Of a DNA stretch of 64,000 nucleotides, positions 46,742-55,357 are shown piece by piece; position 1 is the stretch's first letter; each line of letters opens with the position of its first letter. The stretch comes from an uncultured Candidatus Saccharibacteria bacterium (GTDB lineage Bacteria > Patescibacteriota > Minisyncoccia > Phycocordibacterales > SBAW01), in the NCBI GenBank assembly GCA_964355655.1, contig CAYHDT010000002.1:15598-79597 (forward strand), read 5' to 3'. The translations under genes were made by a program, and so were the position numbers. The notes under the pieces are model-generated. The model saw nothing but the letters and a program-made list of their open reading frames with translations, was not told where the DNA came from and ran no database searches.

Positions 46742-48607
46742 ATGCAGAGGGAAACGAAGAAATTGGCACCGCCAAAAGCGGTACTCAAGGCTTATTGGCC
46801 GTATGTAAAGCGGCACCCTTTTCTATTGTCTATAGTGCTCGGGAGCGGCGTGGCAATGCAGGTGGTAAGCCTGTTTGCGCCGTGGTACATGCGGCAGTTT
46901 TTTAACACACTCGCACTCGCACAACCGAGCGCTGAAGCCGCCGCGGCCTTATTTGCCACATTGTCTATTATTGCGGCATTGTGGGTGGCTGACCGGATTT
47001 TCCGCCGGCTCGAGGACCATGGCAATATTTATATGCAATCGCGGATAATGACCGAACTGTATGAAGACTCGTTCAGTTATCTGCTGGGACATTCGTACAA
47101 TTTTTTTGCATCCAACTTCGCTGGTTCGCTCACGCATAAAGTAAGCCGCTATACGCGTGCCTTCGAAACTATTGCAGACAATATCCTCATACAATTTTTC
47201 CCCACAACTCTCTTCGTTCTCGGGGCGGTCGGCGTGCTTTTTATGCGCAATCACTGGCTCGGAGCAGCGCTGGGCGCATGGTGCGTGCTCTTTGTCTGGT
47301 TCCAGATATTCATCGCCCGAGTGCGTCAGCCGGTGCGCGCCGCCCGCTCCGAGGCGGATACTCGGGTGACCGGCGTCTTAGCCGACGCCGTCTCAAATCA
47401 GTCGACTATCGCGCTCTTCTCCGGATTTGCATTCGAGAGCCTACAGCTCAAGGAAGTGGTCGCTGACTGGCATACAAAAACTCTCCGCAACTGGCTGGTC
47501 GATGGCTGGATGTGGTTTGCCATCGGACTCTTTGTGGTGGCTATCCAAGTGGGGCTCATGTGGGGCGCGGTTATTCTTTGGCGAGCGGGCTCGCTAACTC
47601 TCGGGGACTTCGTACTCATCCAATCCTACCTCCTCACGGTCTTCAATCAGCTGATGGGCATCGGATTTAACCTGCGCCGGTTTTACGACGCGTTTGCTGA
47701 TGCGGGGGAAATGGTGGCAATACTGCAAACTCCGCATACCATCACGAATAAAAAAGATGCAAAAAAATTGCAGGTAACCAAAGGAGAAATTTGGTTTGAC
47801 GATGTTTCCTTCGGCTTCAATGACGGGACGCCGGTGCTGGACAACTTTAACCTCAAAATAAAGGGGGGCGAAAAGATAGCGCTGGTCGGGCCCTCCGGCG
47901 CAGGTAAGACGACCGTTACCAAACTTCTGCTCCGTTTGTACGACGTAAAGAAAGGTGCCATAAAAATAGACGGGCAAAATATTGCCGAGGTGACACAAGA
48001 CAGTTTGCGCGACGCAATCAGCTTTGTGCCGCAGGAGCCGATACTCTTCCACCGCACGCTTATGGAGAACATCCGCTACGGCCGGCGCGACGCGAGCGAC
48101 GCGGAAGTTATAGCAGCCGCGCGTCAGGCGCACTGCCACGAGTTTATAGACAAACTTCCGGAAAAATATAACACCTTCGTCGGCGAGCGCGGCGTCAAAC
48201 TTTCCGGCGGCGAGCGCCAGCGGGTGGCTATCGCGCGCGCTTTGCTTAAGAACGCTCCTGTGCTGGTGCTCGACGAAGCAACCTCCAGCCTCGACTCGGA
48301 GTCCGAGGCGCTTATACAAGACGCGCTTGAAACGCTTATGCAGGGAAAAACGGTTATCGTGATAGCACACCGGCTCTCTACTATTATGAAGATGGACCGC
48401 ATAGTGGTCGTACAAGACGGCGGGATAGTTGCGCAGGGCACACACTTGGAACTGGTTAATCAGGAGGGCCTTTACCGCAAACTTTGGAGCATACAGGCAG
48501 GGGGATTTATCGGAGACGGGCATAAACCCGCTGATAATAGTGCGGAGGAAGTGCTTGATGAAGCCGAGGAAACAGACGACCTTGCGGACGAAGAAAAACC
48601 GCAGTAA
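46742..48607 (+). CDS. ABC exporter, fused TMD-NBD (MsbA/Atm1-like)
   Basis: GPSGAGKT, LSGGERQR, LVLDEATS, IAHRLST; start placed 7 nt after tgctataat. Confidence 0.93.
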   Translation: MQRETKKLAPPKAVLKAYWPYVKRHPFLLSIVLGSGVAMQVVSLFAPWYMRQFFNTLALAQPSAEAAAALFATLSIIAALWVADRIFRRLEDHGNIYMQSRIMTELYEDSFSYLLGHSYNFFASNFAGSLTHKVSRYTRAFETIADNILIQFFPTTLFVLGAVGVLFMRNHWLGAALGAWCVLFVWFQIFIARVRQPVRAARSEADTRVTGVLADAVSNQSTIALFSGFAFESLQLKEVVADWHTKTLRNWLVDGWMWFAIGLFVVAIQVGLMWGAVILWRAGSLTLGDFVLIQSYLLTVFNQLMGIGFNLRRFYDAFADAGEMVAILQTPHTITNKKDAKKLQVTKGEIWFDDVSFGFNDGTPVLDNFNLKIKGGEKIALVGPSGAGKTTVTKLLLRLYDVKKGAIKIDGQNIAEVTQDSLRDAISFVPQEPILFHRTLMENIRYGRRDASDAEVIAAARQAHCHEFIDKLPEKYNTFVGERGVKLSGGERQRVAIARALLKNAPVLVLDEATSSLDSESEALIQDALETLMQGKTVIVIAHRLSTIMKMDRIVVVQDGGIVAQGTHLELVNQEGLYRKLWSIQAGGFIGDGHKPADNSAEEVLDEAEETDDLADEEKPQ

Positions 48608-48619
48608 AGTAAACTCATA

Positions 48620-49705
48620 ATGTCCGGTAAACGAGATTACTACGAGTTGCTGGGAGTCCAAAAAGGAGCCTCTAAGGAGGAAATTAAAAAAGCGTTCCAC
48701 AAGCTTGCGCACAAATTCCACCCTGATAAAAAAGAAGGGGACGCGAGCAAGTTTAAAGAGGTTTCCGAAGCGTACTCCATTTTGAGCGACGACAAAAAGC
48801 GCGCCGAGTACGACTCGTACGGCCGCGTCTTCGGAGGCGGGGGAGCCGCGGGCGCGGGGGCCGCGGGCGGTTTTAATACGGCGGGCTTTGATTTCTCTCA
48901 ATTCCAGGACGCCTTCAACCAAGGCGGCTTTGACATGGGGGATATTTTTAGCGATCTGTTTACGGGCGGCAATGTCCGGCAAAAGCGCGGCCGCGATATT
49001 TCTATCGACCTGGAAATAAGCTTCCGCGACTCGGTCTTCGGCGTTAAGCGCACTGTGCTTCTGGCCAAGACCAGCGTTTGCAACTCGTGCCAGGGCTCGG
49101 GCGCCGCAAAGGGTACAGAGACAGTTACCTGTACCCACTGCAACGGACAGGGCAAAGTGCACGAAACAACAAACTCTTTCTTCGGCACGGTTACGATGGT
49201 CCAACCCTGCAAACCGTGTAAAGGCAAGGGCAAGATTCCTAAAGAAAAGTGCCAGACCTGCCGCGGCGAAGGCGTCTACAAAAAGCAGGATGAAATAGAG
49301 ATAGCGGTGCCGGCCGGCATCGACGGCGGAGAGATGATACGCCTGACCGGCATGGGAGAGGCTGTGGCGGGCGGCTCCGCGGGAGACTTGTACGTCAAGG
49401 TGCATGTAAGCCCCGACCCACGCTTTAAAAAAGACGGTCCCAATCTTATTACGGAGCTTTCGGTCAAGCTGTCCGACGCACTGCTCGGCGCCAGCTATAA
49501 AATAGAAACGCTCGACGGCCAAGAAACGCTGGATATCCCGCAAGGAGTAACTCACGGCGAAATGTTGAACTTAAAAGGCCGGGGCGTACCAACCGCCCGC
49601 GGCAAGCGCGGCGACCTGTATGTTAAGGTTAAAATAAACCTGCCGAGCAAACTTTCAAAATCAGCCCGCGGATTGGTGGAGAAACTCCGAGAGGAAGGGA
49701 TATAA
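48620..49705 (+). CDS. dnaJ: Chaperone DnaJ
   Basis: HPD, G/F region, four CxxCxGxG repeats. Confidence 0.98.
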   Translation: MSGKRDYYELLGVQKGASKEEIKKAFHKLAHKFHPDKKEGDASKFKEVSEAYSILSDDKKRAEYDSYGRVFGGGGAAGAGAAGGFNTAGFDFSQFQDAFNQGGFDMGDIFSDLFTGGNVRQKRGRDISIDLEISFRDSVFGVKRTVLLAKTSVCNSCQGSGAAKGTETVTCTHCNGQGKVHETTNSFFGTVTMVQPCKPCKGKGKIPKEKCQTCRGEGVYKKQDEIEIAVPAGIDGGEMIRLTGMGEAVAGGSAGDLYVKVHVSPDPRFKKDGPNLITELSVKLSDALLGASYKIETLDGQETLDIPQGVTHGEMLNLKGRGVPTARGKRGDLYVKVKINLPSKLSKSARGLVEKLREEGI

Positions 49706-49748
49706 AAAAACGGCGGCCCGGAGGCTGCCGTTTCGATTGATCCAATAT

Positions 49749-49880
49749 TCAGGGACAAACGACTGTCGCTGTCTTGGAGACAATCTGGAAGTTCGACTCG
49801 AAGTAGGCAATTGCTACCATGGAGGCCAAGAGAAATAGAGCAAACGGCCATTGGTTTACCAAGCTGCGGATCAAAGGCAT
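49749..49880 (-). CDS. Small (43 aa) single-TM peptide
   Basis: MPLIRSLVNQWPFALFLLASMVAIAYFESNFQIVSKTATVVCP; gggag SD, ttgact-N16-tacaat promoter, terminator. Confidence 0.5.
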   Translation of the reverse strand: MPLIRSLVNQWPFALFLLASMVAIAYFESNFQIVSKTATVVCP

Positions 49881-49993
49881 CGAAACATCTCCCGTGAAGA
49901 TCTGACGGTATAGATTGTACTCCGTGTTGTTAAAAAGTCAATAGGCGATTAGAACTTCAGAAATAAGGGTTTTGTTGGTACACTAAGCCCCAT

Positions 49994-50965
49994 ATGGCAG
50001 GAGGCAAAAAGCGGCTTTTGACCGGTTTACAGTCGTCGGGCCGGTTGCATATAGGCAACTACCTCGGCGCGTTGAAGCCTTTTGTTAACTTGTACGCCGA
50101 GTACGAAAGCATGCTGATGGTCGCCGACTATCACGCGCTCACCTCGCTTAAAGACCCCGCGGCTGTGCGCGAGGGGATAGTAGACGTAGTGGCCGACTAC
50201 CTTGCCATAGGGGTAGACCCTACCAAAGCGACGATTTTTAAACAGTCGGACGTGCTGGAACACACCGAGCTGGCGTGGATTTTTGACTGCTTGGTAACCG
50301 TGCCGTTTTTGCAACAGGCGCATGCCTACAAAGACAAGGTTGCCAAAGGCTTGGAGGCCAATGCAGGGCTGTTTACCTACCCGATGCTCATGGCGGCCGA
50401 CATACTGCTGTACGACACCAATGTGGTGCCGGTAGGCGAGGATCAGCGCCAGCATGTCGAGTACGCGCGCGAGGCGGCTAAAAAATTTAATATCGCGTAC
50501 GGGCAAACTTTTATAGAGCCTGAGGAAATGATACTAAAAGGCGTCGGTGTTATCCCCGGTACTGACGGCAAAAAAATGTCCAAAAGCTATGGCAACACCA
50601 TACCGCTCTTTGGCAGCGACGACGACATCCGCACCGCGGTTATGTCTATTAAGACCGATTCCACCGCCGTGGGCGAGCCGCTTAACCCCGCCACGGACAT
50701 TACCTTCCAACTGCATATGCACTTTACCCCCAACCTGGCCGAGGTGCAGAAGCGCTATATGGACGGCACTATCGGCTACAAAGAATCTAAAGAGTTGCTG
50801 GCCAACAATATCATCGCGACCATCTCACCCATGCGCGAGCGCCGGGCGGCCCTAAGCCGCGAGGCGATTATTCAGGTGCTCAAAGACGGCGCCGAGGTTG
50901 CCCGCGCCCGCGCGAGCACAAAAATGAAAGAGGTGCGCGAGAAAGTGGGCGTCGGGTTGTATTAA
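49994..50965 (+). CDS. trpS: Tryptophan--tRNA ligase
   Basis: HIGNYLGA, YPMLMAADIL, VGEDQ, KMSKS. Confidence 0.97.
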   Translation: MAGGKKRLLTGLQSSGRLHIGNYLGALKPFVNLYAEYESMLMVADYHALTSLKDPAAVREGIVDVVADYLAIGVDPTKATIFKQSDVLEHTELAWIFDCLVTVPFLQQAHAYKDKVAKGLEANAGLFTYPMLMAADILLYDTNVVPVGEDQRQHVEYAREAAKKFNIAYGQTFIEPEEMILKGVGVIPGTDGKKMSKSYGNTIPLFGSDDDIRTAVMSIKTDSTAVGEPLNPATDITFQLHMHFTPNLAEVQKRYMDGTIGYKESKELLANNIIATISPMRERRAALSREAIIQVLKDGAEVARARASTKMKEVREKVGVGLY

Positions 50966-51007
50966 AAATAGCAAAACGGCGGAGCTTGTGGGCTCCGCCG
51001 CTGACGC

Positions 51008-51307
51008 TTAGTGCGCATATTTTTGATCGAAGTCTTCGCCGACATTACCACCAAGACCATAGTCCTGGGCAATGATGTTGTCGACGCTAAGACCAGCGAC
51101 CATCTTTTGTTCGCTGTTACACCTGGGCTGCATAGCGCCAACCAGCTTCCATTGGTCGTTGTCACCGGCAACGAGGTCACAGAGTACCGTGTCGCTATAC
51201 TGGACCCTTCCCTGATCGTTTGCGATCTGCAGGGTTGCCCGCACCCCTTTGGGACTCTTGTCTTGTGCCAAAGGCGGTTTCGGCATCTTCACGAATAGTG
51301 AGATCAT
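51008..51307 (-). CDS. Hypothetical protein
   Basis: ATG after gagga SD; ttgaca/tacaat upstream on the minus strand. Confidence 0.5.
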   Translation of the reverse strand: MISLFVKMPKPPLAQDKSPKGVRATLQIANDQGRVQYSDTVLCDLVAGDNDQWKLVGAMQPRCNSEQKMVAGLSVDNIIAQDYGLGGNVGEDFDQKYAH

Positions 51308-51455
51308 CGTCTTGTCCTCTATGTGTGATGGAAAGGCGGCTTGTGGTGGCTCCGGACAAACCTGCTCTCCATTGTACACCTGAAATACCTTTTTGTCAAG
51401 TATAATCCACCAAGCCAGGTAAGACTTTTTTTGCTATAGTTAACGGAACATTTAT

Positions 51456-52742
51456 ATGGAGCGCACTCTTATTGCCGATTTGCAAAACAAAAAAGGGGAG
51501 GCGGTAACCATCCAGGGCTGGGTTAGCGTGCGGCGCGACCAGGGCAAGATGGTATTTTTTGACTTCCGCGACCGCTCGGGCGTGGTACAGGGCGTTACCT
51601 TACCCGCTTCGCCGGCGATAGAAACCGCTAAAGAGGTGCGCAATGAGTACGTGGTTTCGGTCGAAGGCAAGGTCAACGAGCGCCCGGAAAAAAATCGCAA
51701 GGAGGGTGTGCAAAACGGCGATATCGAGTTGGAAGTACTGGGTATAGAAATAATCTCCAAGGCAGAAATTCCGTTTGAGCTGGGCACTGAAGTCAATCTC
51801 GATACGTATCTCGACCACATGCCCTTTACCCTACGGGCAGAAAAGGCGAAGCAGATTTTTAAAGTACAGCAGGCGATAATCGAAGGATTTCGAGAGGGAA
51901 TGAAAGCCCAGGACTTTACCGAATTTCAGGCGCCCGCGCTGGTGGGCGGCGACGCCGAGGGCGGAGCCGCGGCTTTTAAGGTTGACTATTACTACGAGCA
52001 AAAAGCCTACCTAGCAACCAGCCCGCAACTGTACAAACAAATAATGGTGGGTGTTTTTGAAAGGGCTTTTACCACGCCTAAGATATTCCGTGGAGAAAAG
52101 CACGCTACCACGCGCCACCTCAGCGAGTATACATCGCTCGACTTTGAAATGGGTTTTATTAAAGACCATACCGACGTAATGGCCGCGCTGGCGAAGACCA
52201 TGCGAATAATCGTCAAGAAAACGGGTATTGACGTTGCCATACCGGAACAGATTCCTGTATTAAAATTGCGCGAAGTGCAAAAGATACTTGGTGTGGGAGA
52301 GGAGCCCGACCTCGAGCCCGAGCATGAGCGCGCCATTTGCGAGTGGGCGCTGCGTGAGCACAACTCAGATTTTGTGTTTGTGACGCACTACCCCGTCAGC
52401 AAGCGGCCATTCTACACTTACGAAGACGAGGCCGACCCGGGTTTTACCAAAAGTTTTGACCTCCTCTTCCGCGGGCTAGAGATTACGACCGGCGGCCAAC
52501 GCATCCACAACTACGACGCGCTGGTGGCCGCTGCAAAGGCAAAAGGGCTCGACCCAAGCAAGTTTTCTTATTATCTGGAGACGTTTAAAGTCGGCATGCC
52601 GCCGCACGGCGGCTCGGCCACGGGGCTCGAGCGCCTGACCGCCCGCTTGCTTAACCTCCCCAATGTCAAAGAAGCAACTCTCTTCCCCCGCGACCTCAAC
52701 CGCATCGACATCCTCCTCTCGACAGATAAAAAAGAAGAATAA
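51456..52742 (+). CDS. aspS: Aspartate--tRNA(Asp/Asn) ligase, short non-discriminating type
   Basis: OB fold FFDFRDRSG, SPQLYKQ, FRGE, GMPPHGG..GLERL, FPRD; lacks the GAD insert. Confidence 0.93.
   Translation: MERTLIADLQNKKGEAVTIQGWVSVRRDQGKMVFFDFRDRSGVVQGVTLPASPAIETAKEVRNEYVVSVEGKVNERPEKNRKEGVQNGDIELEVLGIEIISKAEIPFELGTEVNLDTYLDHMPFTLRAEKAKQIFKVQQAIIEGFREGMKAQDFTEFQAPALVGGDAEGGAAAFKVDYYYEQKAYLATSPQLYKQIMVGVFERAFTTPKIFRGEKHATTRHLSEYTSLDFEMGFIKDHTDVMAALAKTMRIIVKKTGIDVAIPEQIPVLKLREVQKILGVGEEPDLEPEHERAICEWALREHNSDFVFVTHYPVSKRPFYTYEDEADPGFTKSFDLLFRGLEITTGGQRIHNYDALVAAAKAKGLDPSKFSYYLETFKVGMPPHGGSATGLERLTARLLNLPNVKEATLFPRDLNRIDILLSTDKKEE
52629..52696 (+). repeat. Direct repeat copy 1 (aspS 3' region)
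   Basis: 68 bp, 1 mismatch to 54487-54554. Confidence 0.92.
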
Positions 52743-52750
52743 ACTTCTAT

Positions 52751-53518
52751 ATGCTTGAAAAAATTTCTTCAACAATCAAAGATTTTTTAGGGGATTCAAA
52801 TGAATTTATCGAATCAGCAACAATAGCCGCGGAAGACAGAATAACTTCCCCTTTTTACGGTTATTTCCTTATTTCCTGGTTTATATTTAACTGGAAAATT
52901 GTATATGTAGCTTTCTTTATTGATCAAACCAAACTTTATGAAAAAACAGGCTTGTTGCGTAATGAATATTTAAATTCTATAATCCCCTCGCACTTGAGTT
53001 GGAATTTTTGGTTCTATTTTGCTATTTGTCCTTTTTTACTGACGGTGTTCTTCTTTTGGATATCACCATATTTTACTCGACATTTCTTTAGGAAAAATAT
53101 CCGGAATAAAAAACAATTAAAAATAATTGAACTCCAAGAAAGTCAGGAGGTAAAGAAAGAGGAAAAGGCTTTAGTAAAAGCTGAAACCGCACTCATTGAA
53201 GAGAAGGTAGAAAAAGTTAAACGCGAAAAAAAAGCTGTAAAAGAAACTCCTGAAGTTATTTGGGAAAATGAATTTGAAATTTTTAGAAAGCACCCAATCT
53301 ATAGTGGAATGGATAGCCTAAAAAAAATACTTTATGAAAGAAGCGGCCTGACACGGGAATGGGATGGTAATCAGTATCGTCTCATGATTAACTCTGATAT
53401 CTTGGCTGCTGCAGACTCAAGAGGGCTAGTAGAAATTCAGGGTAGTGGAAAATTAGAAAAAATTGAACTTACACCAAAAGGAAAATTTTTTATGGCAAAA
53501 TTCTTGGAAGGAAAATAA
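52751..53518 (+). CDS. AT-rich hypothetical protein: two TM helices, coiled coil, C-terminal wHTH-like end
   Basis: RITSPFYGYFLISWFIFNWK; IELTPKGKFF; visibly low GC. Confidence 0.75.
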   Translation: MLEKISSTIKDFLGDSNEFIESATIAAEDRITSPFYGYFLISWFIFNWKIVYVAFFIDQTKLYEKTGLLRNEYLNSIIPSHLSWNFWFYFAICPFLLTVFFFWISPYFTRHFFRKNIRNKKQLKIIELQESQEVKKEEKALVKAETALIEEKVEKVKREKKAVKETPEVIWENEFEIFRKHPIYSGMDSLKKILYERSGLTREWDGNQYRLMINSDILAAADSRGLVEIQGSGKLEKIELTPKGKFFMAKFLEGK

Positions 53519-53524
53519 CGCCGA

Positions 53525-53878
53525 ATGAAACTCGTGTACAAAACTGCAGCAGAGGGTATATTTCTGCTCCACCTCTGCTTAGTTTTGCTTGTTGTGTTTT
53601 TTGGTTGGTATATACCCGCGCTGTGGCCCTGGTATGTGGCGGCGCTCGTTGCCACACTCGTCTCAGACCTCTTGTTCGGCTACTGCATACTCAGCAAATG
53701 GGAGTTTGATCTACGGCGCAAGGTCAACCCCGACACCGACTACGATTTTGCCTGGGCGACTTACTACACCTACAAAATTACCAACAAACGCATCTCCAAC
53801 GTTTTGTATTGGCGATTATCGATATTCTTTCTAACTGCGTCTCTCGGTATCAGTCTCTACTCCCGTTTTTTTATATAA
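53525..53878 (+). CDS. Small membrane protein (DUF2784-like)
   Basis: LLHL, CILSKWEFDLR. Confidence 0.7.
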   Translation: MKLVYKTAAEGIFLLHLCLVLLVVFFGWYIPALWPWYVAALVATLVSDLLFGYCILSKWEFDLRRKVNPDTDYDFAWATYYTYKITNKRISNVLYWRLSIFFLTASLGISLYSRFFI

Positions 53879-53966
53879 ATTAGCAAGATTTAGGAAAAAT
53901 TGACAACAAAAATTAGATAGTTTAAATTATCCCCAGTTGTTATCCAACCCAACCTGGGAGGAATTA

Positions 53967-54440
53967 ATGTCCAAAATATCCGCAGTCGTGCCTGGTTTTA
54001 TATCCTACGAGGAGACTGACGGTCTGCTTGGTGTTGCCGTTGAGCTCTTTCGTGCCGGCAGTGGCGAAAACGTTGTCCGGGTTTCCCATGAATGGCTCAT
54101 GCAGATTAATAAAGTCGCCGGCTATAATTACGGCCGTCTTTCGGTGGTCATGCATCCGCAAGCTTTTACCGGCTACCAAGGCCAGCGCGGAATCTCTATT
54201 TCTATCGTACCGGGCAACTTTGACGGAAAGCTGAGCGAAGCCGAAAAAGACTTTCGAGAGCCGTTGCGGCCGTACCAATTGGGCAACTACGGTCATGCTG
54301 GTGGTTCTGGCTTCCATGAGGGAGTCTTTACCATCGATACCAACCTCGATGACGCCATTCGGTTGCATAAGGCTCTTGGCAAAGTCATCGCCAACGCGAA
54401 GCGTCTCGGCAAAAAACCGAAGCTCAAAAGCGCCGCCTAA
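53967..54440 (+). CDS. Hypothetical protein
   Basis: ggagga SD, ttgaca promoter, terminator. Confidence 0.7.
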   Translation: MSKISAVVPGFISYEETDGLLGVAVELFRAGSGENVVRVSHEWLMQINKVAGYNYGRLSVVMHPQAFTGYQGQRGISISIVPGNFDGKLSEAEKDFREPLRPYQLGNYGHAGGSGFHEGVFTIDTNLDDAIRLHKALGKVIANAKRLGKKPKLKSAA

Positions 54441-54483
54441 CTTGTTTCGAGCTCCTGTTTTTCAACAGGAGTTTTTATATAAA

Positions 54484-54597
54484 CTGGAGCGCCTGACCGC
54501 CCGCCTGCTTAACCTCCCCAATGTCAAAGAAGCAACTCTCTTCCCCCGCGACCTAAATAGAATCGACACCCTGTTGAGTACCGATAAAGGAGAATAG
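54484..54597 (+). pseudogene. Orphan duplicate of the aspS C-terminal 37 codons (direct repeat copy 2)
   Basis: Encodes LERLTARLLNLPNVKEATLFPRDLNRIDTLLSTDKGE-stop with no start. Confidence 0.9.
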
Positions 54598-54664
54598 GCG
54601 GTATATTGACTTATTCCGGTTTGTACGATTAAATACCCGCTAGGCAGAAAATGGGTACAAACAC

Positions 54665-55048
54665 ATGAGCACCTTCACGAGACAAGATTTCATTGATGCG
54701 GCTCTGCGCCTCAATTGGGAGTGGGTGGACAAGAACCTTAACGACGGGGACATCACCCCCGATGATATTCTTTGGGCCACAACTACCGGCATAAAGGACG
54801 CCAGCAAAGATATCCGCGACCTGGCGGCGACCTATCTCACCACATCGGTCCTGCCGCTCGCGCTTGAAGACGAGCGCAAGCTCGTACGGGTGATGCTGAC
54901 AGACCCGTACCATATCGTTCAATACCGCCTGGCGATCGCGCTCTACAAGCGCGGCAACCGCATCGTCGAAGTTGTAAATATGTTTCAGAAAGCTCTCGAC
55001 GACGAGGATGTCGGCCGGGTCGCGTTCACATATAAAGCCGCCGCGTGA
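54665..55048 (+). CDS. HEAT-repeat-like hypothetical protein
   Basis: IKDASKDIRDLAA, DPYHIVQYRLAIAL, ALDDEDV. Confidence 0.65.
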   Translation: MSTFTRQDFIDAALRLNWEWVDKNLNDGDITPDDILWATTTGIKDASKDIRDLAATYLTTSVLPLALEDERKLVRVMLTDPYHIVQYRLAIALYKRGNRIVEVVNMFQKALDDEDVGRVAFTYKAAA

Positions 55049-55094
55049 GCGGCCTTATCAGCCGCCCAAGGGCGGCTTTTTTACTTCGCAAAAT

Positions 55095-55268
55095 AAAAAA
55101 CACCGGACTGAGCCGGTGCTGTGATAATAAGGCAGGTCCCCAAGGCTCGACGCGCTGGTAAGGAGGTAGGAACCGAGGGGACCCGTACTTTCTCCAGGAT
55201 CTCTCACCGGAGCGGGCAGGTTGGAACCTGGCCGTTTCACTCTCCTCCTCCTAGCTGAATCCACAAAC
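55095..55268 (-). ncRNA. Candidate structured, possibly pseudoknotted, non-coding RNA
   Basis: Extended -10 (TGcTAGAGT) upstream on minus strand, four complementary stem pairs, terminator caccgg..ccggtg plus T-run. Confidence 0.5.
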
Positions 55269-55321
55269 ACTCTAGCATTATTTAATACAAAAACAAAAGC
55301 TAAACCGGCCTTTTGTTTTTG

Positions 55322-55350
55322 TTGAAAATGTTGTCTTTTAAAGGTATAAT
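55322..55350 (+). promoter_or_regulatory. Sigma70 promoter 7 nt before the pepA ATG (leaderless-type)
   Basis: ttgaaa-N17-tataat. Confidence 0.7.
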
Positions 55351-55357
55351 GTTGCCT

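Noticed and set aside
47594-49555. 653-aa minus-strand ORF
   Set aside because: Antisense shadow of the ABC exporter and dnaJ; no motifs
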